A DNA stretch of 28,704 bases from the NCBI GenBank assembly GCA_964592215.1, contig CAZQCZ010000002.1, positions 1-28,704 of the forward strand, in the 5' to 3' direction. The notes beneath the pieces were generated by a model. It ran no database searches. It saw nothing but the letters and a program-made list of their open reading frames with translations, and was not told the DNA's origin. Below are positions 1 to 7,981 of the stretch, one piece after another. This stretch comes from an uncultured Candidatus Saccharibacteria bacterium. GTDB lineage: Bacteria; Patescibacteriota; WWE3; 9FT-COMBO-53-11. Both the position numbers and the translations under genes were made by a program. Position 1 is the first letter of the stretch. Each line of letters begins with the position of its first letter.

Positions 1-2
1 TC

Positions 3-113
3 GACGCTTATCGCGCTGAGGATGAGGAGAGTCGCTTCGCTGACGAACTTCTCGCCCAAGCGGGAGTAGCTGTTCGACAGCTTGAGCCAAAGAAGGAGGA
101 AGGTCATGGGTAG
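3..113 (+). CDS. 3' end of a probable dCMP deaminase (partial, starts before the window)
   Basis: Frame 3 reads DAYRAEDEESRFADELLAQAGVAVRQLEPKKEEGHG*. This resembles the Y...ELL..AGV.VR.L C-terminus of deoxycytidylate deaminases. It overlaps the thyA start by 8 nt and precedes thyA-tdk. Confidence 0.55.
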   Translation, partial: DAYRAEDEESRFADELLAQAGVAVRQLEPKKEEGHG

Positions 114-780
114 CAAGATTACAGCGGTAGTTGCCCACTCCATAAGTGACGCTTGGTACCAGGTGGTGAAGGCCGTTCTTGAGCACGGGGTTGACTACGA
201 GATTACACGAGGCAGTTTCGTGGGTCACCAGCGACGAGAGCTAGAGAGTTTGGCATTGTTCATTGCCGTCCCTGGAGCGCGGCCTTTCGCTCCCTTCGTG
301 CCGACGGGGGTGCCGTTACCTACTGACGATGATTACATCCAAACATATTTCGAGCACTATTGGCTTAGCCCCGAGAAGGCTGCGGGAGAGGATTATACTT
401 ACGGTGAGCGAATTCATGCCCAGCTTTTTAAGGTGATCGAAATGCTGAGAGAGACACCGGGAACCAACCAGGCCTGCATCGAGATTGGGCAACCTGGAGA
501 CATCTTTCTAGCCGATCCTCCGTGCTTGCGGTTGATCGACTTCAAGCTTCGGGACGGGATATTGACCGTTCATGCCTACTTCCGGTCGTGGGACGTTTGG
601 GCTGGTCTTCCTTCCAATCTTGGAGCATTGCAACTGCTCAATGAGTTTATCAGTGACGCCGTCGGCTGCGAGCCCGGCCCATTGTGCATCTACAGTAAGG
701 GTGCTCATCTCTATGATTACTGTTGGAAGCTGGCAGAGTTGTTGACATACGAAGATTCGGCGGAGGAGAAAGATGCCTGA
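106..780 (+). CDS. thyA: Thymidylate synthase, short archaeal-like ThyA type
   Basis: Motifs YTYGERI, DPPCL (catalytic Cys), FRSWD, SNL and KGAHLYD. ATG at 106 follows an AAGGAGG SD, so it is preferred over the TTG at 82. Confidence 0.85.
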   Translation: MGSKITAVVAHSISDAWYQVVKAVLEHGVDYEITRGSFVGHQRRELESLALFIAVPGARPFAPFVPTGVPLPTDDDYIQTYFEHYWLSPEKAAGEDYTYGERIHAQLFKVIEMLRETPGTNQACIEIGQPGDIFLADPPCLRLIDFKLRDGILTVHAYFRSWDVWAGLPSNLGALQLLNEFISDAVGCEPGPLCIYSKGAHLYDYCWKLAELLTYEDSAEEKDA

Positions 781-1396
781 GTGGCGACGAAGGCGTCGGT
801 GCGGTCTAATCGCTATCACGGGCTGCATGCGTGCGGGGAAGACGTCTTACCTGATCCAGATGGTTACCACTCGTGAGACTTATGGAGGCCAGAAGGTTCA
901 GGTCTTCACTCCAAAAGTTGACACCAGAAGTGGCTTGGGTAGGATTGTTGCGCAGGATGGGTTTTCCTTCCCGGCGCAGACGGTTTCGCATTCCAGCGAG
1001 ATCTTAGCGCTGGTGGAGCCGGATACCGACCTGGTTGCAATTGATGAGGCCCAGTTCTTCGATCCCGGCTTGGTTGCCGCTTGTCAGGAGCTAATGCAGC
1101 AACGGGAAGTCATCGTCGCCTGCCTTAGCACCGACTTCCGCGGTGAACCGTTTGGACCGATGCCGATGCTTTTGGCGATTGCCACCAAGATTCGTACTTT
1201 AACTGCGATCTGCGCTGTCTGTGGTGAGGACGCGTATCGTACCCAGCGGTTGGTTAACGGAGAGCCGGCGCACTACGACGATCCGCTCGTCATCGTCGGT
1301 GATTTCGGCAAAGGTGTGGAGCGTTACGAAGCGCGCTGTCTTCTTCATCATGTCGTTCTACGGGGGAAGCGCGAGAGCCCGGAGGGTCAAGTTTAG
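773..1396 (+). CDS. tdk: Thymidine kinase (type II)
   Basis: P-loop GCMRAGKT, K(V)DTRSG, IDEAQFF, DFRGEPF, and Zn ligands CAVC...YEARC..H. Confidence 0.95.
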   Translation: MPEWRRRRRCGLIAITGCMRAGKTSYLIQMVTTRETYGGQKVQVFTPKVDTRSGLGRIVAQDGFSFPAQTVSHSSEILALVEPDTDLVAIDEAQFFDPGLVAACQELMQQREVIVACLSTDFRGEPFGPMPMLLAIATKIRTLTAICAVCGEDAYRTQRLVNGEPAHYDDPLVIVGDFGKGVERYEARCLLHHVVLRGKRESPEGQV

Positions 1397-1413
1397 CCCC
1401 TCTGGGCTTTTTT
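1395..1413 (+). terminator. Putative intrinsic terminator of the thyA-tdk operon
   Basis: AGCCC-CTCT-GGGCT stem-loop followed by a T6 run at the tdk stop. Confidence 0.6.
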
Positions 1414-1414
1414 C

Positions 1415-2668
1415 TCATGCAGCGAATGCTTTTCTCAGTTTGGGGTTCAGTCTTTGAGTGTATGCTTCTCTAAGGAGGGATTGGTAGTGGCTTTGGTCTT
1501 TAATCGCTGTTTCAGCTCTCGTCCCTTCATATTCAGTTACTAGGTTTTCGAGTGTCGCACATACTAATACTAGGTTTTCGAGTGTCGCGCAGGCATCACT
1601 TATTTCCTCCCGACAAAGGTCTCCCTTCTGATACTTTTTATAGTAGCCTCCCCCTTCCCTATTTCGCCGCGCTATGATGTTAGCCATGGTGTCCACTGAA
1701 TCAAGGTCAACGATGCAGCCGTCGAGCGTGACATTGTGTTCGCTAACGTAGCCGTGGAAATAGCCCGCGTTGTGAAGCTTAGCGAGGTTCTCCCCCAAGG
1801 TTTTGGCAAACCATTCCAAATAGTCATTATCCGAAAACTCATCAGGATCTTTCCCTAACTCTTGGGCAACCAGAGCTTTAGCGTCCTTGATGACGGCCTC
1901 TGTTCTTTTACGACTTTTTAGCGACGATGTTCCCAACAACGGGACGCTGACAGAGTCTACTCTCTCTCGCGTTCCTCGATAAGCGCGAATTTCTATAACC
2001 GGTCTCGCGTCCCCGGGGATAATTCCCCTCCTCTTGGCTTCCTCTATTGATATTTTCTCGTCTCTATAAACCAATTCTTTTAGCCTTATCAGGGCCACGA
2101 TGCGACATGTTCTGATGCCCAGCCCAATTAGTCTTTCGGAGTTATCTATGTCGGTGTGGGCATACCCCTCATCTACTATTCCTAAGATCTGATGAGGGGA
2201 TGGGGCTGCTCCTTCTGTTGTTACCTCATCGATGTGGTGGGAGGGACCATCGTCTGCTGACCACCGGCGTGCACGAAAGTGCCCCGTTCCCTTAGCGTCA
2301 ACGTCCCTGTAGGTGATTCTCTCCCGGTCTCGGAGAATGATTCTTCCCAAAAGGCCGCTTCTTCCCCTACCAGATTCTGGGTTTATAGCCAACCGTCTGG
2401 TCCCCTGGCGAGAGAGGAACACGGCGAGATCGGTTGGCTCTCCTCTCTTGAAGAGCTGGCGTGGTTCAAGTCTGAAGGGGAGGTAGTTTATGTCTCCAGA
2501 GGGAGAGCGGAAGGCGGGATTTACCCAGAGAACCTCGTTGTCAACTTTTTCGGCCGGGAGAGATAATTCCCCGCGAGCCCGGTTAACTTCCTTGCCGGTA
2601 CCGGTGCGGTAGTCAGGGTCTCGAGGTGTCTCATCGGTCGGAGTTTTTGGGGAGAGTGATTCTGCCAT
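1415..2668 (-). CDS. SelO/YdiU-like kinase-fold protein (divergent putative AMPylase)
   Basis: Ordered motifs GRGRSG, DAKGTG, SERLIGLGIRT, IEIRA...RER and HGYVSEHNVTLDGCIVDLD parallel the SelO motifs GDGRA, LKGAG, SEAM..LGIPT, R...SHIRFG and HGVMNTDNMSILGLTIDYG. Confidence 0.6.
   Translation of the reverse strand: MAESLSPKTPTDETPRDPDYRTGTGKEVNRARGELSLPAEKVDNEVLWVNPAFRSPSGDINYLPFRLEPRQLFKRGEPTDLAVFLSRQGTRRLAINPESGRGRSGLLGRIILRDRERITYRDVDAKGTGHFRARRWSADDGPSHHIDEVTTEGAAPSPHQILGIVDEGYAHTDIDNSERLIGLGIRTCRIVALIRLKELVYRDEKISIEEAKRRGIIPGDARPVIEIRAYRGTRERVDSVSVPLLGTSSLKSRKRTEAVIKDAKALVAQELGKDPDEFSDNDYLEWFAKTLGENLAKLHNAGYFHGYVSEHNVTLDGCIVDLDSVDTMANIIARRNREGGGYYKKYQKGDLCREEISDACATLENLVLVCATLENLVTEYEGTRAETAIKDQSHYQSLLREAYTQRLNPKLRKAFAA
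1538..1591. repeat. 30-bp-period tandem duplication inside the SelO-like gene
   Basis: TACTAGGTTTTCGAGTGTCGC occurs at 1538 and 1568, extending to 24 nt with 1 mismatch. It encodes CATLENLV twice. Confidence 0.95.
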
Positions 2669-2675
2669 TGCTTAC

Positions 2676-2681
2676 ATTTTA
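2676..2681 (-). promoter_or_regulatory. -10 box 7 nt upstream of the SelO-like ATG (leaderless candidate)
   Basis: Minus strand reads TAAAAT-gtaagca-ATG with no SD. Confidence 0.45.
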
Positions 2682-2754
2682 CTATACCGTTGATTCTTTT
2701 GAGACTCGGTGGAGACCACTTTTCTTGTTTTATTGCTGATTTTAGTATGTTGAT

Positions 2755-3549
2755 ATGGTATATTTAGTCGCAATGGCAAGGGAAAAATCTCGGTCTAAGA
2801 AGGCTTCATCTGGGGTGAAGAGGGCTGAAGATAAAAAGGCGAAAAGCCGAGCGGTTTTGAAGATACCCACCGCCGAGCAATTACTGGAGGCAGGGGTCCA
2901 TTTTGGTCATCTCAAACGCCGCTGGCACCCGAAGATGGCGCCGTTTATCTACACTGATCAGGAGGGCGTTCATATATTTGACCTCTACAAGACGCGTGGG
3001 AAGTTGGTGGAAGCCTGCCAATTTCTTAGGAAAGTAGCGGCGGAAGGAAAAATCATTTTCGTGGGAACAAAACGGCAGTCGGGACCAGTCATTGAGCGTG
3101 AGGCGGGTCGGGTAGGCGCTTATTACTTGTCGGAACGGTGGGTTGGTGGGTTGCTGACCAATTTTGATTCTGTTCGGAAGAACATCGAGAAGTTAGAGGA
3201 ACTATCCAGTAAGGCAAAGAAGGGCGAGTTTAAGCATCACACCAAGAAGGAGCAGCTTCTTATCGAGCGCGAAGTCAGGAAGCTCGAGCGGGATATTGGT
3301 GGTTTGCGGGGGATGTGCGAACTTCCAGTTGCCGCCGTTCTTGCCTCGGCGAAGAATGAGGCTGTTGCCGCCCGGGAGGCTCGGCAGGCAGGAATTCCGG
3401 TGGTGGCCATCACTGATACCAACGCTGACCCTAGGTTAATTGACTACGTCGTTCCCGGTAACGACGACGCGGCCGCGTCGATTGAGATAATTATAAGGAC
3501 GCTTGCGGATGCAGTAGCGTCCGCGAAGCCAGGAGACAAGGATCGGTAG
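2755..3549 (+). CDS. rpsB: 30S ribosomal protein S2 with a basic N-terminal extension (start at 2755 or 2773)
   Basis: LLEAGVHFGH, WHPKMAPFI, ERWVGGLLTNF, DTNADP and PGNDDA. Confidence 0.97.
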   Translation: MVYLVAMAREKSRSKKASSGVKRAEDKKAKSRAVLKIPTAEQLLEAGVHFGHLKRRWHPKMAPFIYTDQEGVHIFDLYKTRGKLVEACQFLRKVAAEGKIIFVGTKRQSGPVIEREAGRVGAYYLSERWVGGLLTNFDSVRKNIEKLEELSSKAKKGEFKHHTKKEQLLIEREVRKLERDIGGLRGMCELPVAAVLASAKNEAVAAREARQAGIPVVAITDTNADPRLIDYVVPGNDDAAASIEIIIRTLADAVASAKPGDKDR

Positions 3550-3587
3550 TCAGCGGTGGAAATTTAATGTCTCCTGCCTAATAGCTG

Positions 3588-4040
3588 ATGACTATTGGTA
3601 CCGACCAAATTAAGAAACTTCGGGAAGCGACTCAGGCGCCGGTGATGGAGGTGAAGCGGGCACTGGAAGAATCCGGTGGAGACGAGGAAAAGGCTAAGGA
3701 AATCCTTGCCCGCCTTGGGCGGGTCCGCGCGGAGAAGAAGCAGGCCCGCGGAACCGGAAACGGCTGCATCTTTTCGTACGTTCACACCGGGGGGAAGGTA
3801 GGCGTTCTGTTGGAGTTGCGGAGCGAGACCGATTTCGTAGCCAAGAATGAACTCTTTCAGAATTTAGGGAAAGAGCTGGCGATGCAGGTTGCCTCGATGG
3901 CTCCTCAAGACATCGCCATTTTGCTGCAGCAAGATTATATCAGAGATTCTTCAAAGACAGTTGCTGATTTCGTTGGCGAGGTATCGGGGACGGTGGGGGA
4001 GAAGATCGAAGTGGGGAGGTTCGTGAGGTATGAGATATGA
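3588..4040 (+). CDS. tsf: Elongation factor Ts, short form (150 aa)
   Basis: IKKLREATQAPVMEVKRAL, ETDFVAKN and VGEKIEVGRFVRYEI; lies directly after rpsB. Confidence 0.95.
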   Translation: MTIGTDQIKKLREATQAPVMEVKRALEESGGDEEKAKEILARLGRVRAEKKQARGTGNGCIFSYVHTGGKVGVLLELRSETDFVAKNELFQNLGKELAMQVASMAPQDIAILLQQDYIRDSSKTVADFVGEVSGTVGEKIEVGRFVRYEI

Positions 4041-4083
4041 GACTTGTGGGTGGCGCCGAGTGTCTATGAGTTGCTTGTAGCGT

Positions 4084-4614
4084 ATGCAGGTAGGGGAAAA
4101 ATTTGAGGGGATAATTAAAGATTTTCATAGTGATCTTGCTGCCATCCGCACCGGTCGAGCGTCGGCGGCGTTGGTCGAGGATCTGGAGGTCGAAGCCTAC
4201 GAATCCCAGATGCCGCTCAAAGAATTGGCGGCGATTGCTGTTCCAGAGACGCGGCAGATCTTGATTACGCCTTGGGATAAATCGGTTTTGAGAGCGATAG
4301 AGAAAGTGCTACGGGTGGCTGGTTTCAACCCTGTGGTTGGGGAATCGGCCTTGCGCCTTAATCTGCCTCCGTTGACGGGTGAGGACAGGGAGCGTTTGGC
4401 GAGGGAGGTGGGGGAGAGGGCCGAGGGAGCACGGATGGAAGTGCGGCGCGTGCGGCGGGACGCTATCAGTGAAGTAGAACGCCTTGAGCGGGAGAAACAA
4501 CTTTCCGAGGATGAGGCATTCGCCAAGAAGAAGGCGATTGACGAGGAGGTGAGGGAGGTTAATCGGCGGATCGAGGAGTTGGTGGAGGAGAAAAAGCGCC
4601 AGTTGGCGCTGTGA
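4084..4614 (+). CDS. frr: Ribosome recycling factor
   Basis: IRTGRA, ITPWDKS, LPPLTGEDRERL and VRRVRRD. Confidence 0.95.
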   Translation: MQVGEKFEGIIKDFHSDLAAIRTGRASAALVEDLEVEAYESQMPLKELAAIAVPETRQILITPWDKSVLRAIEKVLRVAGFNPVVGESALRLNLPPLTGEDRERLAREVGERAEGARMEVRRVRRDAISEVERLEREKQLSEDEAFAKKKAIDEEVREVNRRIEELVEEKKRQLAL

Positions 4615-4641
4615 GTAATCGGCAATTAGTAACTGGGCACT
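4614..4641 (+). repeat. Degenerate heptamer tract starting at the frr stop
   Basis: AGTAATC GGCAATT AGTAACT GGGCACT. Confidence 0.5.
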
Positions 4642-4781
4642 GAGGATGGTGTATCGTTGCTGAGGAGTCTGGCCGATTCCATTTTCTTGAAGCAGGGGGA
4701 TGCGGATGTTTGTCCCGCGATGAATGGCTTGATTGCTTCGAATCTTAAGGTCGAAAATGAGTCAAAGCCGTAGTTGCTAAA

Positions 4782-5819
4782 ATGGCTATCCTGTTGTTTT
4801 TAATTTTATTCTCGTTGCTTATCTTCGTTCACGAGGGCGGCCATTTTCTTATGGCAAAGTTTTTCGGCGTTGGGGTAGAGGAGTTTGGTTTCGGCTACCC
4901 GCCGCGAGTCTTGGGGAAGAAGATTGGGGGAACTATTTACTCGATTAATCTCATCCCGTTTGGGGGCTTTGCTCAGATAAAAGGGATGATGGCAGAAGAC
5001 ACCGGCGGCAAGGATCATGACTCGTTTGCTTCTCAGCCAAAGCTTAAGCGCGTCTTAATTCTTTGTGGTGGGATCTTTGGCAATTTTGTTCTTGCCTGGA
5101 TCTTGTTTGTGTTCCTCTTCATCTTTGGCAATCCGATTTTAGCGGAGAAGGTTTTGGTTGAGGAGGTAGCGGAGGGATCTCCGGCGGCGGAGGTCGGCAT
5201 CGCCGCCGGCGATTACATTCTTTCGTTTGAAGGTGAGCCGGTAGCAACGGCCGATGAGTTAGTTGGGTTGATCGCGGATAACGTTGGGCGTTTGTCGGTT
5301 ATGGAGATTGAACGGGGCGGGGAAACGCGTCTGGCGGCGGCGATTCCGCGGACAGATTATCCCGAGGATGAGGGGTCGCTGGGGCTTGCCCTCTCTACCG
5401 GTGTCGCCTATGAGAAGGCGGCTGTCTGGCGAGCGCCGGTGGCGGCGGCGGCCGAAGCGATCGAGACCGTCGGCCAGATGGCGCGCCTTGTTGCCCGGTT
5501 GATAAGGGATTTAATTCGGGGTGAGACGGTGGAGGTAGGAGGGCCGGTGGCAATTCTCGCTCTGACAGAGACTTACGCTTCTTACGGGGTAAGGATTTTC
5601 CTCCAGTTTGTGGCTCTTCTTTCAATTAACCTCGTTGTTGTCAACCTTCTCCCGTTCCCCGCCCTCGACGGGGGACGGCTACTCTTCGTCGTTTATGAGG
5701 CAGTTCGAGGGCGGCGGTCGCCATTCCGAGTGGAGCAGTTTATCAATAACATTGGATTTATCATGATCATCATTCTCTCGTTCCTTATCGCCGTCAAAGA
5801 TATTCGGACGTTCTTCTAA
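4782..5819 (+). CDS. rseP: Site-2 (M50) intramembrane zinc metalloprotease with PDZ domain, RseP-like
   Basis: HEGGH, FGFGYPP, NLIPFGGF, PDZ segment GSPAAEVGIAAGD and NLLPFPALDGGR. Confidence 0.95.
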   Translation: MAILLFLILFSLLIFVHEGGHFLMAKFFGVGVEEFGFGYPPRVLGKKIGGTIYSINLIPFGGFAQIKGMMAEDTGGKDHDSFASQPKLKRVLILCGGIFGNFVLAWILFVFLFIFGNPILAEKVLVEEVAEGSPAAEVGIAAGDYILSFEGEPVATADELVGLIADNVGRLSVMEIERGGETRLAAAIPRTDYPEDEGSLGLALSTGVAYEKAAVWRAPVAAAAEAIETVGQMARLVARLIRDLIRGETVEVGGPVAILALTETYASYGVRIFLQFVALLSINLVVVNLLPFPALDGGRLLFVVYEAVRGRRSPFRVEQFINNIGFIMIIILSFLIAVKDIRTFF

Positions 5820-6592
5820 GTTTTTCCCCCCTCTGGTTTGGTGAAGGTAGCGAATGATTCGGTTTGAGGCGGCTTTCCTTCGGCGCATCTAACGCCAAAG
5901 CCGAACTCTTCGAGTAGTTCTTGAGGCGCGCCGTTGGTTAGGGACCGGATTTTGGCGAGAGTGGGGGGGACGCGTGGGCTATCGCTGGTTCGAGAGTCAA
6001 GAAGGATTATTCCTCCGGGGCGGATAACACGCTGATACTCTGCCAACATGGCTCTCGTGCAGCTCTCCTTTTTCTTCCCTCTGCTATATCTCTGGTCTAC
6101 TTCCGCCGCGTGCCACAGGCCGCCCAGACGTTCGCAGAGAACGTCAACCGAGTTGTCTGGGAGCGGGATGCGCGCCATATCACCGGCAACTAGCTTCAGG
6201 TCAACGTTTTTGGGCAGCGGTTTTGGCCAGCGCATGATTGATTTAGGAGGCTTATTCCCCTCTCCTTCTCGGGTGGCGAAGTCCGTAAAGAAGATCGTCG
6301 GTTTATGGACTTTTCCGTTGTTGCGGCCCAGCATCTCGTCCAGCGCTTTTACGAATGCTGTTTCCCGTTCGCCGACGCCGACAGAGGACATAATGATCTT
6401 CACTGGCCGCCGTTCCATGAGCTTTAAGATGCCGTTTTGCTCGAACTCTTCCATAACGGTACGGACGTATTCGTTTTTTTCCCACTCGGGGACGTCGGCG
6501 GCAAACGGTTTCGCGCTATACTGCGCCCGCAACCTTGCTATAGCGCTTCCCTTGATCGTCTCCTCGCCTGTAGGAGTAGCTTCGCGGCCCAT
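5816..6592 (-). CDS. Class I SAM-dependent methyltransferase-like protein
   Basis: Degenerate motif I (SVGVGE), acidic TDF, AGDMARIPLPDNSVDV and EYQRVIRPGGIILLD. Confidence 0.7.
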   Translation of the reverse strand: MGREATPTGEETIKGSAIARLRAQYSAKPFAADVPEWEKNEYVRTVMEEFEQNGILKLMERRPVKIIMSSVGVGERETAFVKALDEMLGRNNGKVHKPTIFFTDFATREGEGNKPPKSIMRWPKPLPKNVDLKLVAGDMARIPLPDNSVDVLCERLGGLWHAAEVDQRYSRGKKKESCTRAMLAEYQRVIRPGGIILLDSRTSDSPRVPPTLAKIRSLTNGAPQELLEEFGFGVRCAEGKPPQTESFATFTKPEGGKT

Positions 6593-6603
6593 ACTTGTCT
6601 CTT

Positions 6604-6632
6604 ATTCTAGTCCGTGCCGACGGTAGATTCAA
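6604..6632 (-). promoter_or_regulatory. Sigma70-type promoter of the methyltransferase gene
   Basis: Minus strand TTGAAT-N17-TAGAAT, ending 11 nt before the ATG at 6592. Confidence 0.6.
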
Positions 6633-6634
6633 TG

Positions 6635-6643
6635 TGCTAAACT
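6635..6643 (+). promoter_or_regulatory. Extended -10 promoter of proS
   Basis: TGcTAAACT lies 19 nt before the ATG and is followed by a CTCTC-TATT-GAGAG hairpin. Confidence 0.5.
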
Positions 6644-6662
6644 CTCTATTGAGAGAAACGAA

Positions 6663-7937
6663 ATGCGCTATACTCGGCTCTTCGGTAAAACTTCGAGGGA
6701 GGTGCCTCGTGATGCAGAGCTTCCAAGCCACCGTTATCTGGTCAAAGGGGGCTTTATCGATCAGTTGATGGTCGGCTCATGGACGCTCCTTCCTCTCGGC
6801 TGGCGGGTTGTTAACCGGATCAACAACATCATTCGTGAGGAGATGGATAAGACGGGCGCTAGCGAAATGCTGATGCCGCTGATGCATCCTAAAGACGTCT
6901 GGAACAAGACCGGCCGCTGGAACGATCCCGGTGTTCGGGAGATCATGTATCAGTTTAAGGACAAACGCGGTCGGGAGTTCTGCCTTTCGTTTACTCATGA
7001 GGAGGTAGTGATGGATCTGGTGGGGAAGCACATCAGCTCCTACAAAGATCTTCCGGTAAAGGTCTACCATTTCTCGACGAAGTTCAGGAATGAACCACGG
7101 GCGCGAGGCGGTATTATTCGGGCACGGGAATTCCTGATGAAGGATCTTTACTCCGTTCACACCTCGGAAAAAGATTTAATGGCCTATTATGAGGAGGTAA
7201 AGCAAGCCTATCTTAGGATCTTCTCCCGTTTGGACATGCCCGTTCGGGTAGTAGAAGCCGGTGGTGGGGTCTTTACCGAGAAGCATACGCACGAATTTCA
7301 GCTTATTGTCCCTACCGGTGAGGACACTGTCTTCTATTGTGACGAGTGCCTCTGGGGTCAAAACAAGGAGATCTTCGGAGGCCGTGAAGGGAGCAGGTGT
7401 CCGGAGTGTAAAGAAGGCAGGGTAGTGTCGGCTAATGCCATCGAGGTTGGCAACATTTTTCCCTTGGGGCAGAAATATGCCCAAATGATGGGGGTGACTT
7501 TCGTCGATAAGGACGGGGAGAGGAAGATTCCCTGGTTCGGAAGTTACGGGATCGGGACGGGTAGAGTGATGGGGGCGATAGTAGAGTGCTGCCACGATAG
7601 CAAGGGAATTATCTGGCCCGCTTCAGTGACGCCGTACGATGTCCATCTCCTCTCTCTGTCGGGCGGGGAGTCTGTGGCGGAGAGGATCTATTGTGCCGCT
7701 GAGGAATCGGGGCTGGAAGTTCTTTATGATGACCGCGACGGGTCGCCGGGGGTGAAATTGGCCGATGCTGATTTGATTGGGATTCCGGTGCGGGTTATCG
7801 TTAGTGCCAAGAGTATCGCCGCCGGCGGGGTTGAGGTTAGCCGTCGTTCCGGAGGCAAAGCGGAGATTGTTTCCGTGGAGAAGCTGGCAGGGAAGATTAA
7901 GGAGCTTTATAGCGAAAAGCTAAAAGCAAAAAGCTAA
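6663..7937 (+). CDS. proS: Proline--tRNA ligase, short form without INS editing domain
   Basis: LPSHRYLVKGGFI, THEE, KFRNEPRARGGIIRAREFLMKD, a CDEC..CPEC Zn insert, EVGNIF.LGQKY, GSYGIG and DADLIGIP. Confidence 0.97.
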   Translation: MRYTRLFGKTSREVPRDAELPSHRYLVKGGFIDQLMVGSWTLLPLGWRVVNRINNIIREEMDKTGASEMLMPLMHPKDVWNKTGRWNDPGVREIMYQFKDKRGREFCLSFTHEEVVMDLVGKHISSYKDLPVKVYHFSTKFRNEPRARGGIIRAREFLMKDLYSVHTSEKDLMAYYEEVKQAYLRIFSRLDMPVRVVEAGGGVFTEKHTHEFQLIVPTGEDTVFYCDECLWGQNKEIFGGREGSRCPECKEGRVVSANAIEVGNIFPLGQKYAQMMGVTFVDKDGERKIPWFGSYGIGTGRVMGAIVECCHDSKGIIWPASVTPYDVHLLSLSGGESVAERIYCAAEESGLEVLYDDRDGSPGVKLADADLIGIPVRVIVSAKSIAAGGVEVSRRSGGKAEIVSVEKLAGKIKELYSEKLKAKS

Positions 7938-7948
7938 AGGCTAAAAGG
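7914..7948 (+). repeat. Heptamer tract spanning the proS stop
   Basis: GAAAAGC TAAAAGC AAAAAGC TAAAGGC TAAAAGG. Confidence 0.8.
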
Positions 7949-7981
7949 AACCAGCGTTTGGTCTTTAGCCATTATGTTGGT

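Noticed and set aside
1538-1591. CRISPR-like repeat
   Set aside because: There are only two copies, with no spacer-length unique sequence, in frame within a CDS, and no cas genes.
4642-4773. Small ORF or pyrH/uppS remnant between frr and rseP
   Set aside because: The open frame has no supported start and no recognisable similarity to those proteins.
4775-4783. TGcTAAAAT as the rseP promoter
   Set aside because: It overlaps the ATG required to encode the first TM helix, so the transcript would lack that start. Left unresolved.
6048-6626. 192-aa plus-strand ORF, and similar long antisense ORFs at 12370-13098, 26402-26968 and 27415-27837
   Set aside because: These are shadow frames of better-supported opposite-strand genes, with no motifs and S/R/F-biased composition.
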